Below, piece by piece: positions 1-10,689 of a stretch of 64,000 nt of DNA (its first letter is position 1; each line of letters begins with the position of its first letter). The position numbers and the translations under genes are program-made. Location of the stretch: the IMG/VR virus record IMGVR_UViG_3300017917_001123, positions 267,571 through 331,570 of that record; one strand, given 5' to 3'. The notes under the pieces are model-generated. The model did not search any database. It saw only the letters and a program-made list of their open reading frames with translations, and was not told where the DNA came from.

Positions 1-39
1 TAATACCTTTGATCATATAATTAATTATCGTAAAAAATT

Positions 40-744
40 ATGACACAAACTAAGTTTGAATATTACTACAATAACGTCCCTGGTCACGGATTGTGTCGTA
101 ACAACCTTGTCTATACAAGTCTAATCTCAGCTGACAAGAAAACATTCTGCCAACACTATGTTAATGATCCTGTGTATCACATGGGACAGAATACAGTAGA
201 TCCTGCGCTAATGAATGACAAATGGGCTCGAGAGCTATGTTGGCTTAATCATATGGCAACGTGGTATCCTGACCTTGTTCCTGAGATACAAGACATTGAC
301 TTATTAAACAAGAAGATTTATTTGCGTGTTGACGGGGTTGACTTCTGGGAACGTGCTGGATGTCTGACAGAAAACTTTGATAATGTTCTTCCTGACTGGC
401 AGGAACAAATGCTTAACATTATCAAAGTACATCACAACGAAGGCATGTTTAAGTACAGCATGCATCCTAGCAGTTACTTTGTTGTAGACGGCAAACTTAA
501 GAGCATTAATTATTTCTTCACATACAGCAAAGATGAAGGTCCTATTAAAATATCAGATCATCAGAGTCATCTAAGCGAGATACGACAAGCAGATCTGCGT
601 AAGAAAGTCGAAGCACTGGGCATGGAGTGGGATGCTGTTACTCCATTGAAAGACTTAGAGTACTTGTGCTGGGAAAGTTTTAGAACAAACTATCCAAACG
701 AGTTTGTAAAAAAGGTACACAATCTATGTACGACATACTTGTAA
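40..744 (+). CDS. hypothetical protein, possibly degenerate kinase-like fold
   Basis: 234-aa ORF; KYSMHPSSYFVVDGKLKSINYFF loosely parallels a kinase catalytic loop/DFG region; fold call is weak. Confidence 0.55.
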   Translation: MTQTKFEYYYNNVPGHGLCRNNLVYTSLISADKKTFCQHYVNDPVYHMGQNTVDPALMNDKWARELCWLNHMATWYPDLVPEIQDIDLLNKKIYLRVDGVDFWERAGCLTENFDNVLPDWQEQMLNIIKVHHNEGMFKYSMHPSSYFVVDGKLKSINYFFTYSKDEGPIKISDHQSHLSEIRQADLRKKVEALGMEWDAVTPLKDLEYLCWESFRTNYPNEFVKKVHNLCTTYL

Positions 745-1466
745 ACGAATCTGATAAGTTCCACAACGATTACAACCAATGGCGTGTTAATCGTGTGCGT
801 AAGATGGAACAGGTGCTAGGCAAGGAATGGTTTAAGGGCAAGCGTGTACTAGAGCTTGCCTGCGGACAAGGAAACATTAGCGCATATCTAAAAAGCCTAG
901 GAGCAGACGTAACCGCTAGCGATGCTAGGGCGCAACATTTAATACATGTTGAAAGCACGTACAATATTGATACGTTGCTTATTGATCAGGACAAGCCTTG
1001 GACATTAGATGAACACTACGATTTGATTGTACACTTTGGTGTATTATATCATTTAAAGAACTGGAAGCAGGATTTGTCCTGTGCTCTTAAACACACAGAC
1101 ATGATGTTCTTAGAAAGTGTCGTAGCAGATACAGACGATGCGTACTTTGAACATCAGCTCGCTGAAGCAGAAGAAGGCGGACAGAATGCTTTTCATGGTG
1201 TCGGTACTGTTATGAGTGCGAGTAATGTAGAGCGTGTAATAGAAGAACTGGGTTACGAGTGGATTAGGTTTGATGATCCTGATCTAAACTTACCTAATAG
1301 AAGATTGTATCAATACGATTGGACCGTTAGTAACAACATCGATGGGTACGAGTCCGCAACATCGTTTGAAGACAAGCCATTATACGGCGGCCGCCGACTG
1401 TGGCTTATTAAGAAATCTTTCTCCAACGATCGGCTAGGGCATATGAGCCTTGGTGTACGTGCATAG
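726..1466 (+). CDS. class I SAM-dependent methyltransferase
   Basis: motif I VLELACGQG, VTASDAR, FGVLYHL. Confidence 0.85.
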   Translation: MYDILVNESDKFHNDYNQWRVNRVRKMEQVLGKEWFKGKRVLELACGQGNISAYLKSLGADVTASDARAQHLIHVESTYNIDTLLIDQDKPWTLDEHYDLIVHFGVLYHLKNWKQDLSCALKHTDMMFLESVVADTDDAYFEHQLAEAEEGGQNAFHGVGTVMSASNVERVIEELGYEWIRFDDPDLNLPNRRLYQYDWTVSNNIDGYESATSFEDKPLYGGRRLWLIKKSFSNDRLGHMSLGVRA

Positions 1467-2022
1467 ATATCGCCATACGTCCGCCGTCGACAGGTTGTTC
1501 TTCTACTTCGTGCCACAAGAATCCGGGCCATGCTAATAAGTCACCTTCTTCTGGTTGTATAGTAACTAGCTTTTGTCTATACGGAGCCATTCCTGTTTGC
1601 CCTTCAAAAGGATTGTAGAAAGTAATTGCGCTACTGCCTGCGGGCATTTTGTGATAGTAAGTCATTACCATCTCAGTCGACCCGTGTGCGTGTCCGCCTA
1701 GCTTAGACCCTTTAAAGAACTGATTAATCCAACTGCGCTCTATAGCAATATCGCAGTCTTCGTAGCCAATTTCTCTCCACAGATCTTTCATGACGCTTTC
1801 GGCCCATTTGCGAAAAGGATAAACACTAGGTAAGTTCATGATGTCGTTAAACTGACGAATGGTAGTGCTGTATTCGCCCTTAGCAGTATCAATTTTTCTA
1901 TCCTCTGGTACATTGTTGAGGATATCGTTGATCTCTTTATCAAATGCTTCGCCTAGTAAATGACGATCCTGCCATTTGGTTTTGGCAATGATGACAGGAA
2001 AAACATTTTGTGCTATAATCAT
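1408..2022 (-). CDS. 2OG-Fe(II) oxygenase-like protein (TIGR02466-type)
   Basis: WINQ..GGHAHG, YYH, WPGFLWHEV, ISM pattern. Confidence 0.75.
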   Translation of the reverse strand: MIIAQNVFPVIIAKTKWQDRHLLGEAFDKEINDILNNVPEDRKIDTAKGEYSTTIRQFNDIMNLPSVYPFRKWAESVMKDLWREIGYEDCDIAIERSWINQFFKGSKLGGHAHGSTEMVMTYYHKMPAGSSAITFYNPFEGQTGMAPYRQKLVTIQPEEGDLLAWPGFLWHEVEEQPVDGGRMAISMHVHQGSYALADRWRKIS

Positions 2023-2040
2023 GATGTAAATACTTAGCTT

Positions 2041-2592
2041 ATGACATACACCATTAAACCCTATTCCGATGACTTAGACCTAACAGAGTTTTACCAAGAA
2101 GCAGAGCGTCGTGGTTTTGTCAATAATGCTAACAAGAAGATGCTAGTTGATAGCATTTCAAAAGAGCGAGAGTGGTGCGTGTGGGTTCTTTACTACAACG
2201 ATAAAGCCGTAGGCACAGTAGGCGCACACACTCTAGATATGTTTCCAAACGCTGTCCGTATTTGTGTAAGGACTTGTGCATTTACTGATATGTTGCCTAC
2301 TCCTAGTCTTCGTACTCGAGTAGGCATCACAAGTCATCAGCACGTTACAGCACAGTTCTTTATGCCTATTTGTATCGAATGGGCAGGTAACAGAGATATG
2401 TATATTACCAGTCATGATAGTGATGTAGGAACACAGCGATTAGTTCATACTATCTGGGGACCTACATTAGAGATGACTGGTGTGTTGTCCAACGCGGGTG
2501 CTTATGATTATAGAGGACACAGACAAACGTTCTGGAAACTAAACAAGGATGTATTCCTTGAGCAGTTAAACAAGGAACCTAGATGGAAATAA
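2041..2592 (+). CDS. hypothetical protein, possible GNAT-like fold
   Basis: 183-aa ORF after TAAATA; VLYYNDKAVGTVG strand pattern. Confidence 0.55.
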   Translation: MTYTIKPYSDDLDLTEFYQEAERRGFVNNANKKMLVDSISKEREWCVWVLYYNDKAVGTVGAHTLDMFPNAVRICVRTCAFTDMLPTPSLRTRVGITSHQHVTAQFFMPICIEWAGNRDMYITSHDSDVGTQRLVHTIWGPTLEMTGVLSNAGAYDYRGHRQTFWKLNKDVFLEQLNKEPRWK

Positions 2593-3551
2593 GAATTCCT
2601 CTTAATACGATTACAAAGTTTGGTCAGCAGACAATGTTAGATCGCCCTTTATTCAATGTAAGTTGGATACTAGGGCGATTCTGTAATTACAAGTGTTCTT
2701 ACTGCTGGCCTTATGCTAGATCAGACAAGTTAGACTTTTTGCCTATAGAAACTTATACTAAAGTTATAGACGAAATAAAGCGGCAAGCCAGGGCGAACGG
2801 CTTCACAGAGTTTCACTGGAGTTTTAGTGGAGGCGAACCTACAGCTTTTAAACAGTTGCCAGAAATCTTTAAACACATTGAACGCGATCTTGTAAGTCCT
2901 TATCAGAGTGTTCATATGACTACTAATCTAAGCCCGGGAAGCAATTGGTGGAGAAACTGGTGCTTAATTACAAGTCCTTTACAGCGTAGAAGTATTACTG
3001 CCAGTTACCACGAAGAGTTTGCTAAAGAGCAAGAGTTTGGTGATAAGTGTCTACAGCTAATGTATGAAAGTGTTTTTGTAACAGTTAACCAAGTAATGGT
3101 TCCTGAGCGTTTCTATGAGCTGTATGAACGTTGTGCTAGACTGCGTCAGCGTGGTATCAACGTAACTCTAAAGCCACAGACAAATCCTACAGCTACAGCC
3201 GTTGTTGACGGATACACTGAAGATATGATTGCTATAATGAAGAAAGATTTTCAACAGCAGGCAAACGGAGAACAGCTACATCAAATACGACTAACTGACG
3301 GAAACAATACCTATTTTATTGATCAAGCAGAACGGTTTAATGCTTTAGGATTCAACAAGTTTAAAGGATGGAATTGCGTTGCGGGTTATCAAAGTGTTGT
3401 AATTAGAGGACAAGAAGTTAAACGTAGTCATAGTTGTCACGAAGATTCTTTAGGCACGGTTGATAATTTTACTTTGTTTAAAGAATTAAAGCCCTGTATA
3501 ACTGAGTCTTGTATGAGCTCTGCGGACAGTAAGTTACCTAAGACTAAATAG
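2583..3551 (+). CDS. radical SAM protein
   Basis: CNYKCSYC (CxxxCxxC), FSGGEPT, TTNLS; ends TAG followed at once by TAA. Confidence 0.9.
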   Translation: MEIRIPLNTITKFGQQTMLDRPLFNVSWILGRFCNYKCSYCWPYARSDKLDFLPIETYTKVIDEIKRQARANGFTEFHWSFSGGEPTAFKQLPEIFKHIERDLVSPYQSVHMTTNLSPGSNWWRNWCLITSPLQRRSITASYHEEFAKEQEFGDKCLQLMYESVFVTVNQVMVPERFYELYERCARLRQRGINVTLKPQTNPTATAVVDGYTEDMIAIMKKDFQQQANGEQLHQIRLTDGNNTYFIDQAERFNALGFNKFKGWNCVAGYQSVVIRGQEVKRSHSCHEDSLGTVDNFTLFKELKPCITESCMSSADSKLPKTK

Positions 3552-3576
3552 TAAAAAGAAACGGTTATTCTGTCCT

Positions 3577-4299
3577 ATGATCAATACACTACGAGAAAAA
3601 ATACTGAGCTGGACCCCTGAGTTAGCAAATTCTATGTACAATAACGTACCTAGAGTAAGTGATCTCGGAGGCATGATCTACGAAAAAACAGACAATGGTT
3701 GGTTTCTTTACTCAGTAGAAAAAGCCGCATACTACGACTTAAATGGAGAAAGTTTTATTCTAGAACAGAATTCTCCAGAAATAGAAGAATCTTTAAACGT
3801 ACAAAAAACCTATTCTGATTATGCTGACGTACATAATCTTGTTAAGATAGAAAAGCCTGTAGAAATACAACAAGTTAATATCTACGGAAGAACGTACATT
3901 TATTACAAAATGGTAAGACCGTATAATACTCACGGAATACCACAGCTTAATATGATTTACGTCCCTGAAGATCAAAAAGCCTCCGCAGTTCTTGAGCTTT
4001 CAAAAATAAACTTTAAGAAAATGGATGAGCTGTTTCAGTTAATCGATGCTTGTAACGGAACATTGTATCCTAAAGAGCTTAACACTGAAAATCTACATTA
4101 TGATCCGGCAACTGACAATTACTTTTGGGCGGGTGATTTACTATTTGTTAAACCAAGACAAGAGTCAATTGATGCTCATGTATTAATGATTCCTAATTTA
4201 AGTTATTATGTAACTAAGGTAGTAGGAAAACAGGTAGATCTACAGAGCGCAATTACTAACTACGTGAATACAGAATGTTCAATACTTCAACTTCCTTAA
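3577..4299 (+). CDS. hypothetical protein
   Basis: 240-aa ORF after TAAATA at 3545-3550. Confidence 0.7.
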   Translation: MINTLREKILSWTPELANSMYNNVPRVSDLGGMIYEKTDNGWFLYSVEKAAYYDLNGESFILEQNSPEIEESLNVQKTYSDYADVHNLVKIEKPVEIQQVNIYGRTYIYYKMVRPYNTHGIPQLNMIYVPEDQKASAVLELSKINFKKMDELFQLIDACNGTLYPKELNTENLHYDPATDNYFWAGDLLFVKPRQESIDAHVLMIPNLSYYVTKVVGKQVDLQSAITNYVNTECSILQLP

Positions 4300-5060
4300 T
4301 CAGTTATAGAATTAAGTCTAGCAATGGTTCAGTTCTTTTTGAAGGACTAGTACCTTACGGACTACTGCCATTTGTTCAAAAAGCATTTCTTACAAATCAA
4401 GATAGATTAATGGAGTTTGAAGTAGCAACAACATCTCACGTAATTTCTAGAAACTTTTCAGACTTACCGTCAAACACTCAATACGATACAACCAATCCAG
4501 CACACATTTCAAACAGAATGTATCAGGATTTGATTACAAGCAAAGAATTAACACGCATTGCCTCTTTGAATAATGCGGCATTTGAAACTTGGCAAGCACA
4601 GTTAGATGCTGAGAGAGTTCAACAAGAACAAAACGCACTCAATGAAGTAGCCACTCAGGCACAGACATTATACGAGCAGTCCTTATTAAATCAACAACAG
4701 ATTAGTGAAGAATATGCTCAACATCTAAGAGACGAAGCATACAGATTAGACATGCTCCGTGCTCAAACTGTTACACAGATAGCAGTTGATCCTACAACCA
4801 GCGTCAGTGCTCTAATGAGCGAAGTTGGACATAACTCGGATGTACAGCGACAAATTGCCGCGTGTATGCGAGCAAACAAAGAAATTACTAAACTAGTTCT
4901 AGCTAGCACATCAACATTGTGGAATACCAGCTACGAAATTATGGATGTTGTTGCTATACAAGCGGCAACGGATAACGAAATTGCTGATCAATTAGTTGGT
5001 AAGATTCCAGAAACAAGTCTTTTATATCAAAGCCTACAACGTCTCGGTATTCTTAGTTAA
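4275..5060 (+). CDS. hypothetical protein with Gln/Glu-rich coiled coil
   Basis: 261-aa ORF overlapping the upstream gene. Confidence 0.7.
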   Translation: MFNTSTSLISYRIKSSNGSVLFEGLVPYGLLPFVQKAFLTNQDRLMEFEVATTSHVISRNFSDLPSNTQYDTTNPAHISNRMYQDLITSKELTRIASLNNAAFETWQAQLDAERVQQEQNALNEVATQAQTLYEQSLLNQQQISEEYAQHLRDEAYRLDMLRAQTVTQIAVDPTTSVSALMSEVGHNSDVQRQIAACMRANKEITKLVLASTSTLWNTSYEIMDVVAIQAATDNEIADQLVGKIPETSLLYQSLQRLGILS

Positions 5061-6528
5061 AGACTTTGACACCGTAGGTATTTTCCCATTCTCTAGAATC
5101 CTCTTCGTTGTTAACCATAGGCTTGCCTTTGATGTTAAGGCTTGTGTTTAACAGTACAGGACACCCTGTAGTTTTATACCACATAACTAGTAGGGCATGA
5201 AACTCAGGATTCATTTCTTTCGTGACAGTTTGTACACGACTAGTCCCGTCAGCATGGACGATAGCAGGAAATAGCTCAGGATTCCGGCAACGAGCGACCA
5301 TTTGCATATAAGGACTGCTACCACTAGGGATATCAAAGTAATAGTGAGCCAGCTCAGCCAAAACTGCCGGCGCAAAAGGTCTGAATTCTTGTCGTTGTTT
5401 AATTCCATTTACTTTATCCTTCATCTCTAAACTTCTAGGGTCGGCTAATAGACTTCTATTACCCAATGCTCTTGGTCCAAACTCTGCTGGCCCTCTTGCT
5501 ACTCCACAAATGCCTCTGGTCATTAAGAAATGTAATATCTTAGCGTTGTTATGTTTTGTTGGGATGTTGTATCCCAAGTATGGTGTGTAGTCGATACGTT
5601 GTTTTGTTTTTGCCAATACACTACCAATTGCGCTTCCGCTATCGCCCGGAGCAGGCATAATCCAAACGTTATCAAAATACTTGTAGGCAATAGGATTTGC
5701 TGAACAGTTCAAAGCACAGCCGCCCATAAAGACTAAATTCTTGCTAGGAACACATTGTCTAGCATACTGTAACACACGTTCGAATAGTAGTTCATATACT
5801 GCCTGCGTTGCTGCCGCAATATCAAACATATCCTGCTCTGTAGTCAAATCAGGACGCCAGTCTTTACAACCTTTGTGAAAATTTCTTTTAAATGAGACTA
5901 GTCCATTAGTTTCACTAAACGGAAAATGAATAAAATCATTTAACATTGTTGTGAATAACCTCTTAGGATCACCATATGCGGCCATGCCCATGAGAATGTA
6001 CTCTTCCTCGTTGGGCTTCAATCCACACCGTTGTGTCATTGCGCTATACCACAAGCCGATACTTTCTGGATACTCTAAACTGAATACCTTTGTAAGCTCG
6101 TCATCCTTGCCCTGCCAAATAGACAGCGTATCATATTCTCCGATGGCATCGATAACTAGAACGCAGGCTTCATCAAACTTGCTAGTGTAGTAGCCTGCTG
6201 CCGCATGGCTATAATGATGTGCTACATATTCTATTGCTGTAGGAAATATGCGTTTTGATACATATTTCTTTACATTGTTTTCTCCCCACATCCATCCTTG
6301 ACCTGCTTCTAGTTGACGCATAGTTTTAAGGAACGGACGTTCGTACCAAACAACTTTGTCTGGCGTGAGTCCTCTGTTATGTAGGTAGTAAGTTAAGTCA
6401 GAGTCCAAATCTGGATCGTTTTTAATTCCAGACCACCGCTCTGTTTCTGTGGCAAATACTAGCCGATCGTTATCAAATACCGCAACTGCGGCATTGTGAC
6501 TGTTAGCTGATATTCCCCAAGTAATCAT
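5053..6528 (-). CDS. carbamoyltransferase (NodU/CmcH family)
   Basis: HHYSHAA, GGCALN, PAPGDSG, EFGPRALGNRS, LLNTSLN motifs. Confidence 0.93.
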   Translation of the reverse strand: MITWGISANSHNAAVAVFDNDRLVFATETERWSGIKNDPDLDSDLTYYLHNRGLTPDKVVWYERPFLKTMRQLEAGQGWMWGENNVKKYVSKRIFPTAIEYVAHHYSHAAAGYYTSKFDEACVLVIDAIGEYDTLSIWQGKDDELTKVFSLEYPESIGLWYSAMTQRCGLKPNEEEYILMGMAAYGDPKRLFTTMLNDFIHFPFSETNGLVSFKRNFHKGCKDWRPDLTTEQDMFDIAAATQAVYELLFERVLQYARQCVPSKNLVFMGGCALNCSANPIAYKYFDNVWIMPAPGDSGSAIGSVLAKTKQRIDYTPYLGYNIPTKHNNAKILHFLMTRGICGVARGPAEFGPRALGNRSLLADPRSLEMKDKVNGIKQRQEFRPFAPAVLAELAHYYFDIPSGSSPYMQMVARCRNPELFPAIVHADGTSRVQTVTKEMNPEFHALLVMWYKTTGCPVLLNTSLNIKGKPMVNNEEDSREWENTYGVKVFN

Positions 6529-6626
6529 TTGTAAATGTAAGGATCCATTTTACGCAGTTTCTTTATTTGCTGTCTGCGTTTATACCATCTATACGGTGTT
6601 AGCAACCAATCAAGTATTCTTTTCAT
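6525..6626 (-). CDS. 33-aa basic small protein
   Basis: MKRILDWLLTPYRWYKRRQQIKKLRKMDPYIYK; fills the gap, TGA overlaps the carbamoyltransferase ATG (ATGA); not in ORF track. Confidence 0.65.
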   Translation of the reverse strand: MKRILDWLLTPYRWYKRRQQIKKLRKMDPYIYK

Positions 6627-7290
6627 ATTGTTCTCTTAACCAATTATAATTATTAATCAACAACAGGGCTTCTGGGTTATCTTGATTGTACTCTCCGTAG
6701 GACCTTCCTGCTAGTGCGCCACGAATAGCGTCGTGTCCAAATGGTTTGTCCTCTCCTACAGAGCACCATACCTTAAGACGTATAGAAGTTTCCGTGTCTA
6801 CTTGATTGTTAATTGTTTTGCTGGCTAGCTTACAACATTCTCTAAACCCGCTACGCCATGCGCTAAATGCGTCTGTGTTAAATGCTGTGTTGTTACTAAC
6901 TTCGGGCATAGCATTAAACCTAGTACCGATGCTAGTTGTCATGTCGGGCTTGCTAGTATCCATCTCCAGTGTTTGCTTTTTTGGTAAAAGTTTAACACCG
7001 CCGTATCCATATTCTAGTCCGTTAACAGGATTACGACTGCGCCATACATGAACAGCATCGTAGTCCCATTCGGGTGCCTGATAGCTAAAGTCAAAGCTGT
7101 CTAATACATCAGCGTCGCCGTCGATTACCCAAAACATTTCTGTAAACGATTTCTTTGCGGCGGCAAGGTGTGCGTTATGAATACCTTCTACATCCTTAAC
7201 CCGCTTTAATAAAGGAAAGCGACTCTTTAGCTTTTTGTAGTTTTCTTCAGCATTTGGTTCTCCATAGCTGATAAAGATCATATCATACAT
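6610..7290 (-). CDS. glycosyltransferase-like protein (GT-A fold)
   Basis: FISYGEPNAE, WVIDGD (DxD), AWRSGFRE; paralog of 9814..10689. Confidence 0.7.
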   Translation of the reverse strand: MYDMIFISYGEPNAEENYKKLKSRFPLLKRVKDVEGIHNAHLAAAKKSFTEMFWVIDGDADVLDSFDFSYQAPEWDYDAVHVWRSRNPVNGLEYGYGGVKLLPKKQTLEMDTSKPDMTTSIGTRFNAMPEVSNNTAFNTDAFSAWRSGFRECCKLASKTINNQVDTETSIRLKVWCSVGEDKPFGHDAIRGALAGRSYGEYNQDNPEALLLINNYNWLREQYEKNT

Positions 7291-8476
7291 TAAAGTAGGC
7301 CTTATAGTGTTCTTCTAACTCAATCATTGCTTTGTGCTTTTTAATCGTTGTTAGATTTTCATAGTTGTGTTTTAAAATTGGTTTGATTGATTCTAACCAG
7401 CTTGCTTTGTCTTCTATGGCTTTTAGTTTTTGTAGACTATTGATAATAGCATCTAGTCTTTGCTCTGTAGGCAATGTGTCGTAGCTTTCGTCTATAAATC
7501 CGTCAAACGTTTTATATCCTAAATCTCGCAACCTCTTCAAACTTCCCCGGCCACCCACAACAATAAACGGCTGTAGACAAGCAATAGGTTTAAAAATCTT
7601 TTCACTACAAAATGTAGATAACTCGTAGTCAGCAAACTGCGGCTCTGTTACAATGCTAACCCATGACTGTGCGTACAGATTTGGTAACACTCTTCCAATG
7701 TACACAGGATCTGGTTCTACATTGTTCGGCTTGCCATCAATTAACATAGGCAAATACTTGCGTCCTTGTTCTAGCAAACTTTGACTTGGCCAATCATTAG
7801 TTAATGGATGTATATGATGACCGTAGTCGTTCATACTAACAATACCGTCATCAAGTAAGCCCGCTTCTAATAACTTTAAGAAGAACCAGCTTCTATGTGA
7901 ACGTGGCCTCTTGTTTAAGCAATCATATAGTTTAGTCTTTGTATTAGCAGACACAACGGGCATTGGTCTAGAACGAGCATACCACATAAGGTCTGGTTCA
8001 AAGTGCTCAAATGTAATAACCTTCATAGGCTTTACATTGTGTGTGCTAACATATATCGAATACTGCTCCGGTGCCTGTGCGTTGCCTGTTATGTATATAA
8101 CTGCCTGCGGGGTAACACTATGGTTAGCTAACTCTTGATGAAACCAATCCCATAACTGAGGTGTCTGATAACCTTCAAGTGATTGATCGATACACAACAT
8201 TGCCCGCCCTTCCTGTAGGTCTAGCAAGTTCTGCTTAGGCAAATGGTTTAGAATACTGTCTCTAGCCCAGTCGTGCGGATGATGGTTAACACCTGTGCCA
8301 ATAATGTAATGATCTGCGCTTCCTGTGATAATGCTTATGTGATTGTCTTGATTAAAGTGATTAATCATTCTATCTAGCATAGGAGGTGTGGTAAATCGTT
8401 TGATACCAGATCCTGCCCTGTCTGTACAAGCAATAAAGTTTTCTCTAGCAGATATATTTTCAAACGCTACACGCAC
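7283..8476 (-). CDS. hypothetical protein, probably glycan-related
   Basis: CLNKRPRSHR, SEKIFKPI, GYKTFDGFIDESYD motifs; position in the glycosylation cluster. Confidence 0.6.
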   Translation of the reverse strand: MRVAFENISARENFIACTDRAGSGIKRFTTPPMLDRMINHFNQDNHISIITGSADHYIIGTGVNHHPHDWARDSILNHLPKQNLLDLQEGRAMLCIDQSLEGYQTPQLWDWFHQELANHSVTPQAVIYITGNAQAPEQYSIYVSTHNVKPMKVITFEHFEPDLMWYARSRPMPVVSANTKTKLYDCLNKRPRSHRSWFFLKLLEAGLLDDGIVSMNDYGHHIHPLTNDWPSQSLLEQGRKYLPMLIDGKPNNVEPDPVYIGRVLPNLYAQSWVSIVTEPQFADYELSTFCSEKIFKPIACLQPFIVVGGRGSLKRLRDLGYKTFDGFIDESYDTLPTEQRLDAIINSLQKLKAIEDKASWLESIKPILKHNYENLTTIKKHKAMIELEEHYKAYFNV

Positions 8477-9821
8477 GATAAAACTCCGCTAGGTGTGGGA
8501 AAGTTGTAGTAAAGTTTGTACCACGTCTGCGGTCATGTTCTTTAAACCATTCGTAGAAGTCTTTACGTCCCTCTGTTAACTTGTCCTCTGGATAGTGGGT
8601 AGTTTCCATATAGTCTACTACACGTCTAAACTTTTCGTACTCTAATTCGCTAAACTTTCCTCTAGTCAGTCCCTTCATATGATTCTTAATGAATTCTAAA
8701 TGGCTGTACATGTAAGGCATAAACTCCTCTTTTGGTAGTATGTTCATGTCGTACTGTAAAGGTTCTTTGAGATAGGGTGTGTCAAATCGAATACGCTGAT
8801 ACTGTGTTTGGAATATCTTGTTATACTTCTTACGCCATTCTAGGATCTTTTCTAACAAGCTAGTAAAGCTAGTAACTGCTAGAATGTTAAATGTGATCAT
8901 AAAGGTAATGGGCAAGTTTGTCTTGGTAAGGTATATATCTAAGTTCTTTTCCCAAACTGTTAAGTCTAGTCCTGTGCGAGCATACTCCGCAGGCTTACCC
9001 CACGTGTCGATACTAGTAAACAGTTTAAACTTTTTAATCTTACCTTCTTTGAGCAACTTGTTAACACGTTCTGTTAATCGTTCTACTAGGATAGGCTTTA
9101 CACCTAAGTTACTGTTTAAATTAAGTTCTAAATTAGGTTTAGGATTGTTGTCTAACTCGTCAAACAAACGCCACGTGCTTTTTTGTAGCAAAGGTTCGCC
9201 GCCTGTGATGCGTAAGATGTTTAGTGTCTTACTAACTTCGGGCCACCATTGCCACCATGCGTTAACATACGGGTTATTATCTTCTTCATAGACTTGGAAC
9301 CAATCGACATCGTTTCTATGATTCTTAACCATACTATAAGGGCCGTGATCTCTAATCTCTTTGTAGTAGGCAGAACTATGCTTTGGATGGCAGTAACCGC
9401 ATTTGAAGTTGCACTCGTTTCCAAAACTTATTTCAATGTATTCTGGATTTACGTTAGCCATTGGTGCGTTTTTAATTTCTGCAAAACGCTCGGGTGTATA
9501 GATACTAGCATTTCTTTCGTATCTATCGCTAATGTAGTCTGGACCCATTGCTTCGATGTTCCAGCAATATTGGCAACCACTTGGCTTTTCTCCCTGTAGC
9601 ATAGCGTAACGCTCATCACGCTTTTGATTTGTGTTGTGTAATGCGCTAGGATTAATAGCTAATTCCAACAAAGGAACTACATGCGGTCTTGGATGATAGC
9701 AACTATGTGTCTGCCCTGTTTGTAAGTAGATAGTTGTGTGATGCCACTTAGCCATACAAAATGTAGGGCTAATTTCATTCATTATAGGAATAATCTTTTT
9801 AATGCGATCTACGTCAGACAC
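8460..9821 (-). CDS. radical SAM protein with extra Cys-rich N-terminal segment
   Basis: CNFKCGYC, ITGGEPLL, NSNL; N-terminal FCMAKW..HSCYH..CQYCW. Confidence 0.9.
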   Translation of the reverse strand: MSDVDRIKKIIPIMNEISPTFCMAKWHHTTIYLQTGQTHSCYHPRPHVVPLLELAINPSALHNTNQKRDERYAMLQGEKPSGCQYCWNIEAMGPDYISDRYERNASIYTPERFAEIKNAPMANVNPEYIEISFGNECNFKCGYCHPKHSSAYYKEIRDHGPYSMVKNHRNDVDWFQVYEEDNNPYVNAWWQWWPEVSKTLNILRITGGEPLLQKSTWRLFDELDNNPKPNLELNLNSNLGVKPILVERLTERVNKLLKEGKIKKFKLFTSIDTWGKPAEYARTGLDLTVWEKNLDIYLTKTNLPITFMITFNILAVTSFTSLLEKILEWRKKYNKIFQTQYQRIRFDTPYLKEPLQYDMNILPKEEFMPYMYSHLEFIKNHMKGLTRGKFSELEYEKFRRVVDYMETTHYPEDKLTEGRKDFYEWFKEHDRRRGTNFTTTFPHLAEFYRACSV

Positions 9822-10689
9822 GATTTAACCTATAAAATTCGTCAAACGTATGAACTACGTACCCACTAACATCAGCGTCAAGAACAGGAACATCGATAAA
9901 GTTTATCGACTGTGCTTTAAACTTTTTAATCAAATCGTCTGCGCCAAATCGTTCAATTGCTTTAAACATGGTAGTTAGTGTTTCGAAGTCGCGGACGTTA
10001 GTAACATCCCAGTCTGTACACATTGTTAGATAAACACCTTGCCATGCTCCGGCAATAGCCCATAGACCGTTTTCTACGTGTGCGCCAAGGGTAAGCCATT
10101 GCTTTAATCTATGTAGGTTCTCCCACCAAATAACTTCTTTGGCAGGTTTGCCCTGTTCTACTCTAACGCCTTTGTCTAAACACATCTTAACACCTTCGCG
10201 AAACCCTGCTCGCCATGCTTGAAGCGGTGTTGTGTTTATAATAGTATCGCTGTATGAAACTGTGAGTGGATAGTACCCTGCTTCCCAACAGAAGTCTACT
10301 TGGCCTTTGTCTTCTTCTGCGGCTTCGTGTGTTTTCATGTTAAGCACAAAGTCCTTGCGCCAAACTTTAAGACTGCCGTTTCCGTAGCGTAGTCCGTTAA
10401 TACAGTTACGTCCTGGCCAATTGAACGCCTGTGCGTTTGGATATTGGTCTAAGTCTAATTGTAAATCCCAAAACTTAGGATTAACAATGTTGTCAGCATC
10501 AACGGTAACAAACCATTCTGTATTGCTTAGGTTAGCAGCCGCCTTGTGGCAAGCATCACTGCCCTTAACACCGTGAACACGTTCGACCCACGGCGCATCC
10601 TGTAACAGTTTAGCATAGTTCATTTCTGCGTTAGGTTCATCGTACGAGATAAACACACAGTCTAATTCATTAATTTTTAGCAACGACAT
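9814..10689 (-). CDS. glycosyltransferase-like protein (GT-A fold)
   Basis: FISYDEPNAE, VTVDAD, AWRAGFRE; start set at MSLLKINELD rather than the ORF-track 10767. Confidence 0.7.
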   Translation of the reverse strand: MSLLKINELDCVFISYDEPNAEMNYAKLLQDAPWVERVHGVKGSDACHKAAANLSNTEWFVTVDADNIVNPKFWDLQLDLDQYPNAQAFNWPGRNCINGLRYGNGSLKVWRKDFVLNMKTHEAAEEDKGQVDFCWEAGYYPLTVSYSDTIINTTPLQAWRAGFREGVKMCLDKGVRVEQGKPAKEVIWWENLHRLKQWLTLGAHVENGLWAIAGAWQGVYLTMCTDWDVTNVRDFETLTTMFKAIERFGADDLIKKFKAQSINFIDVPVLDADVSGYVVHTFDEFYRLNRV

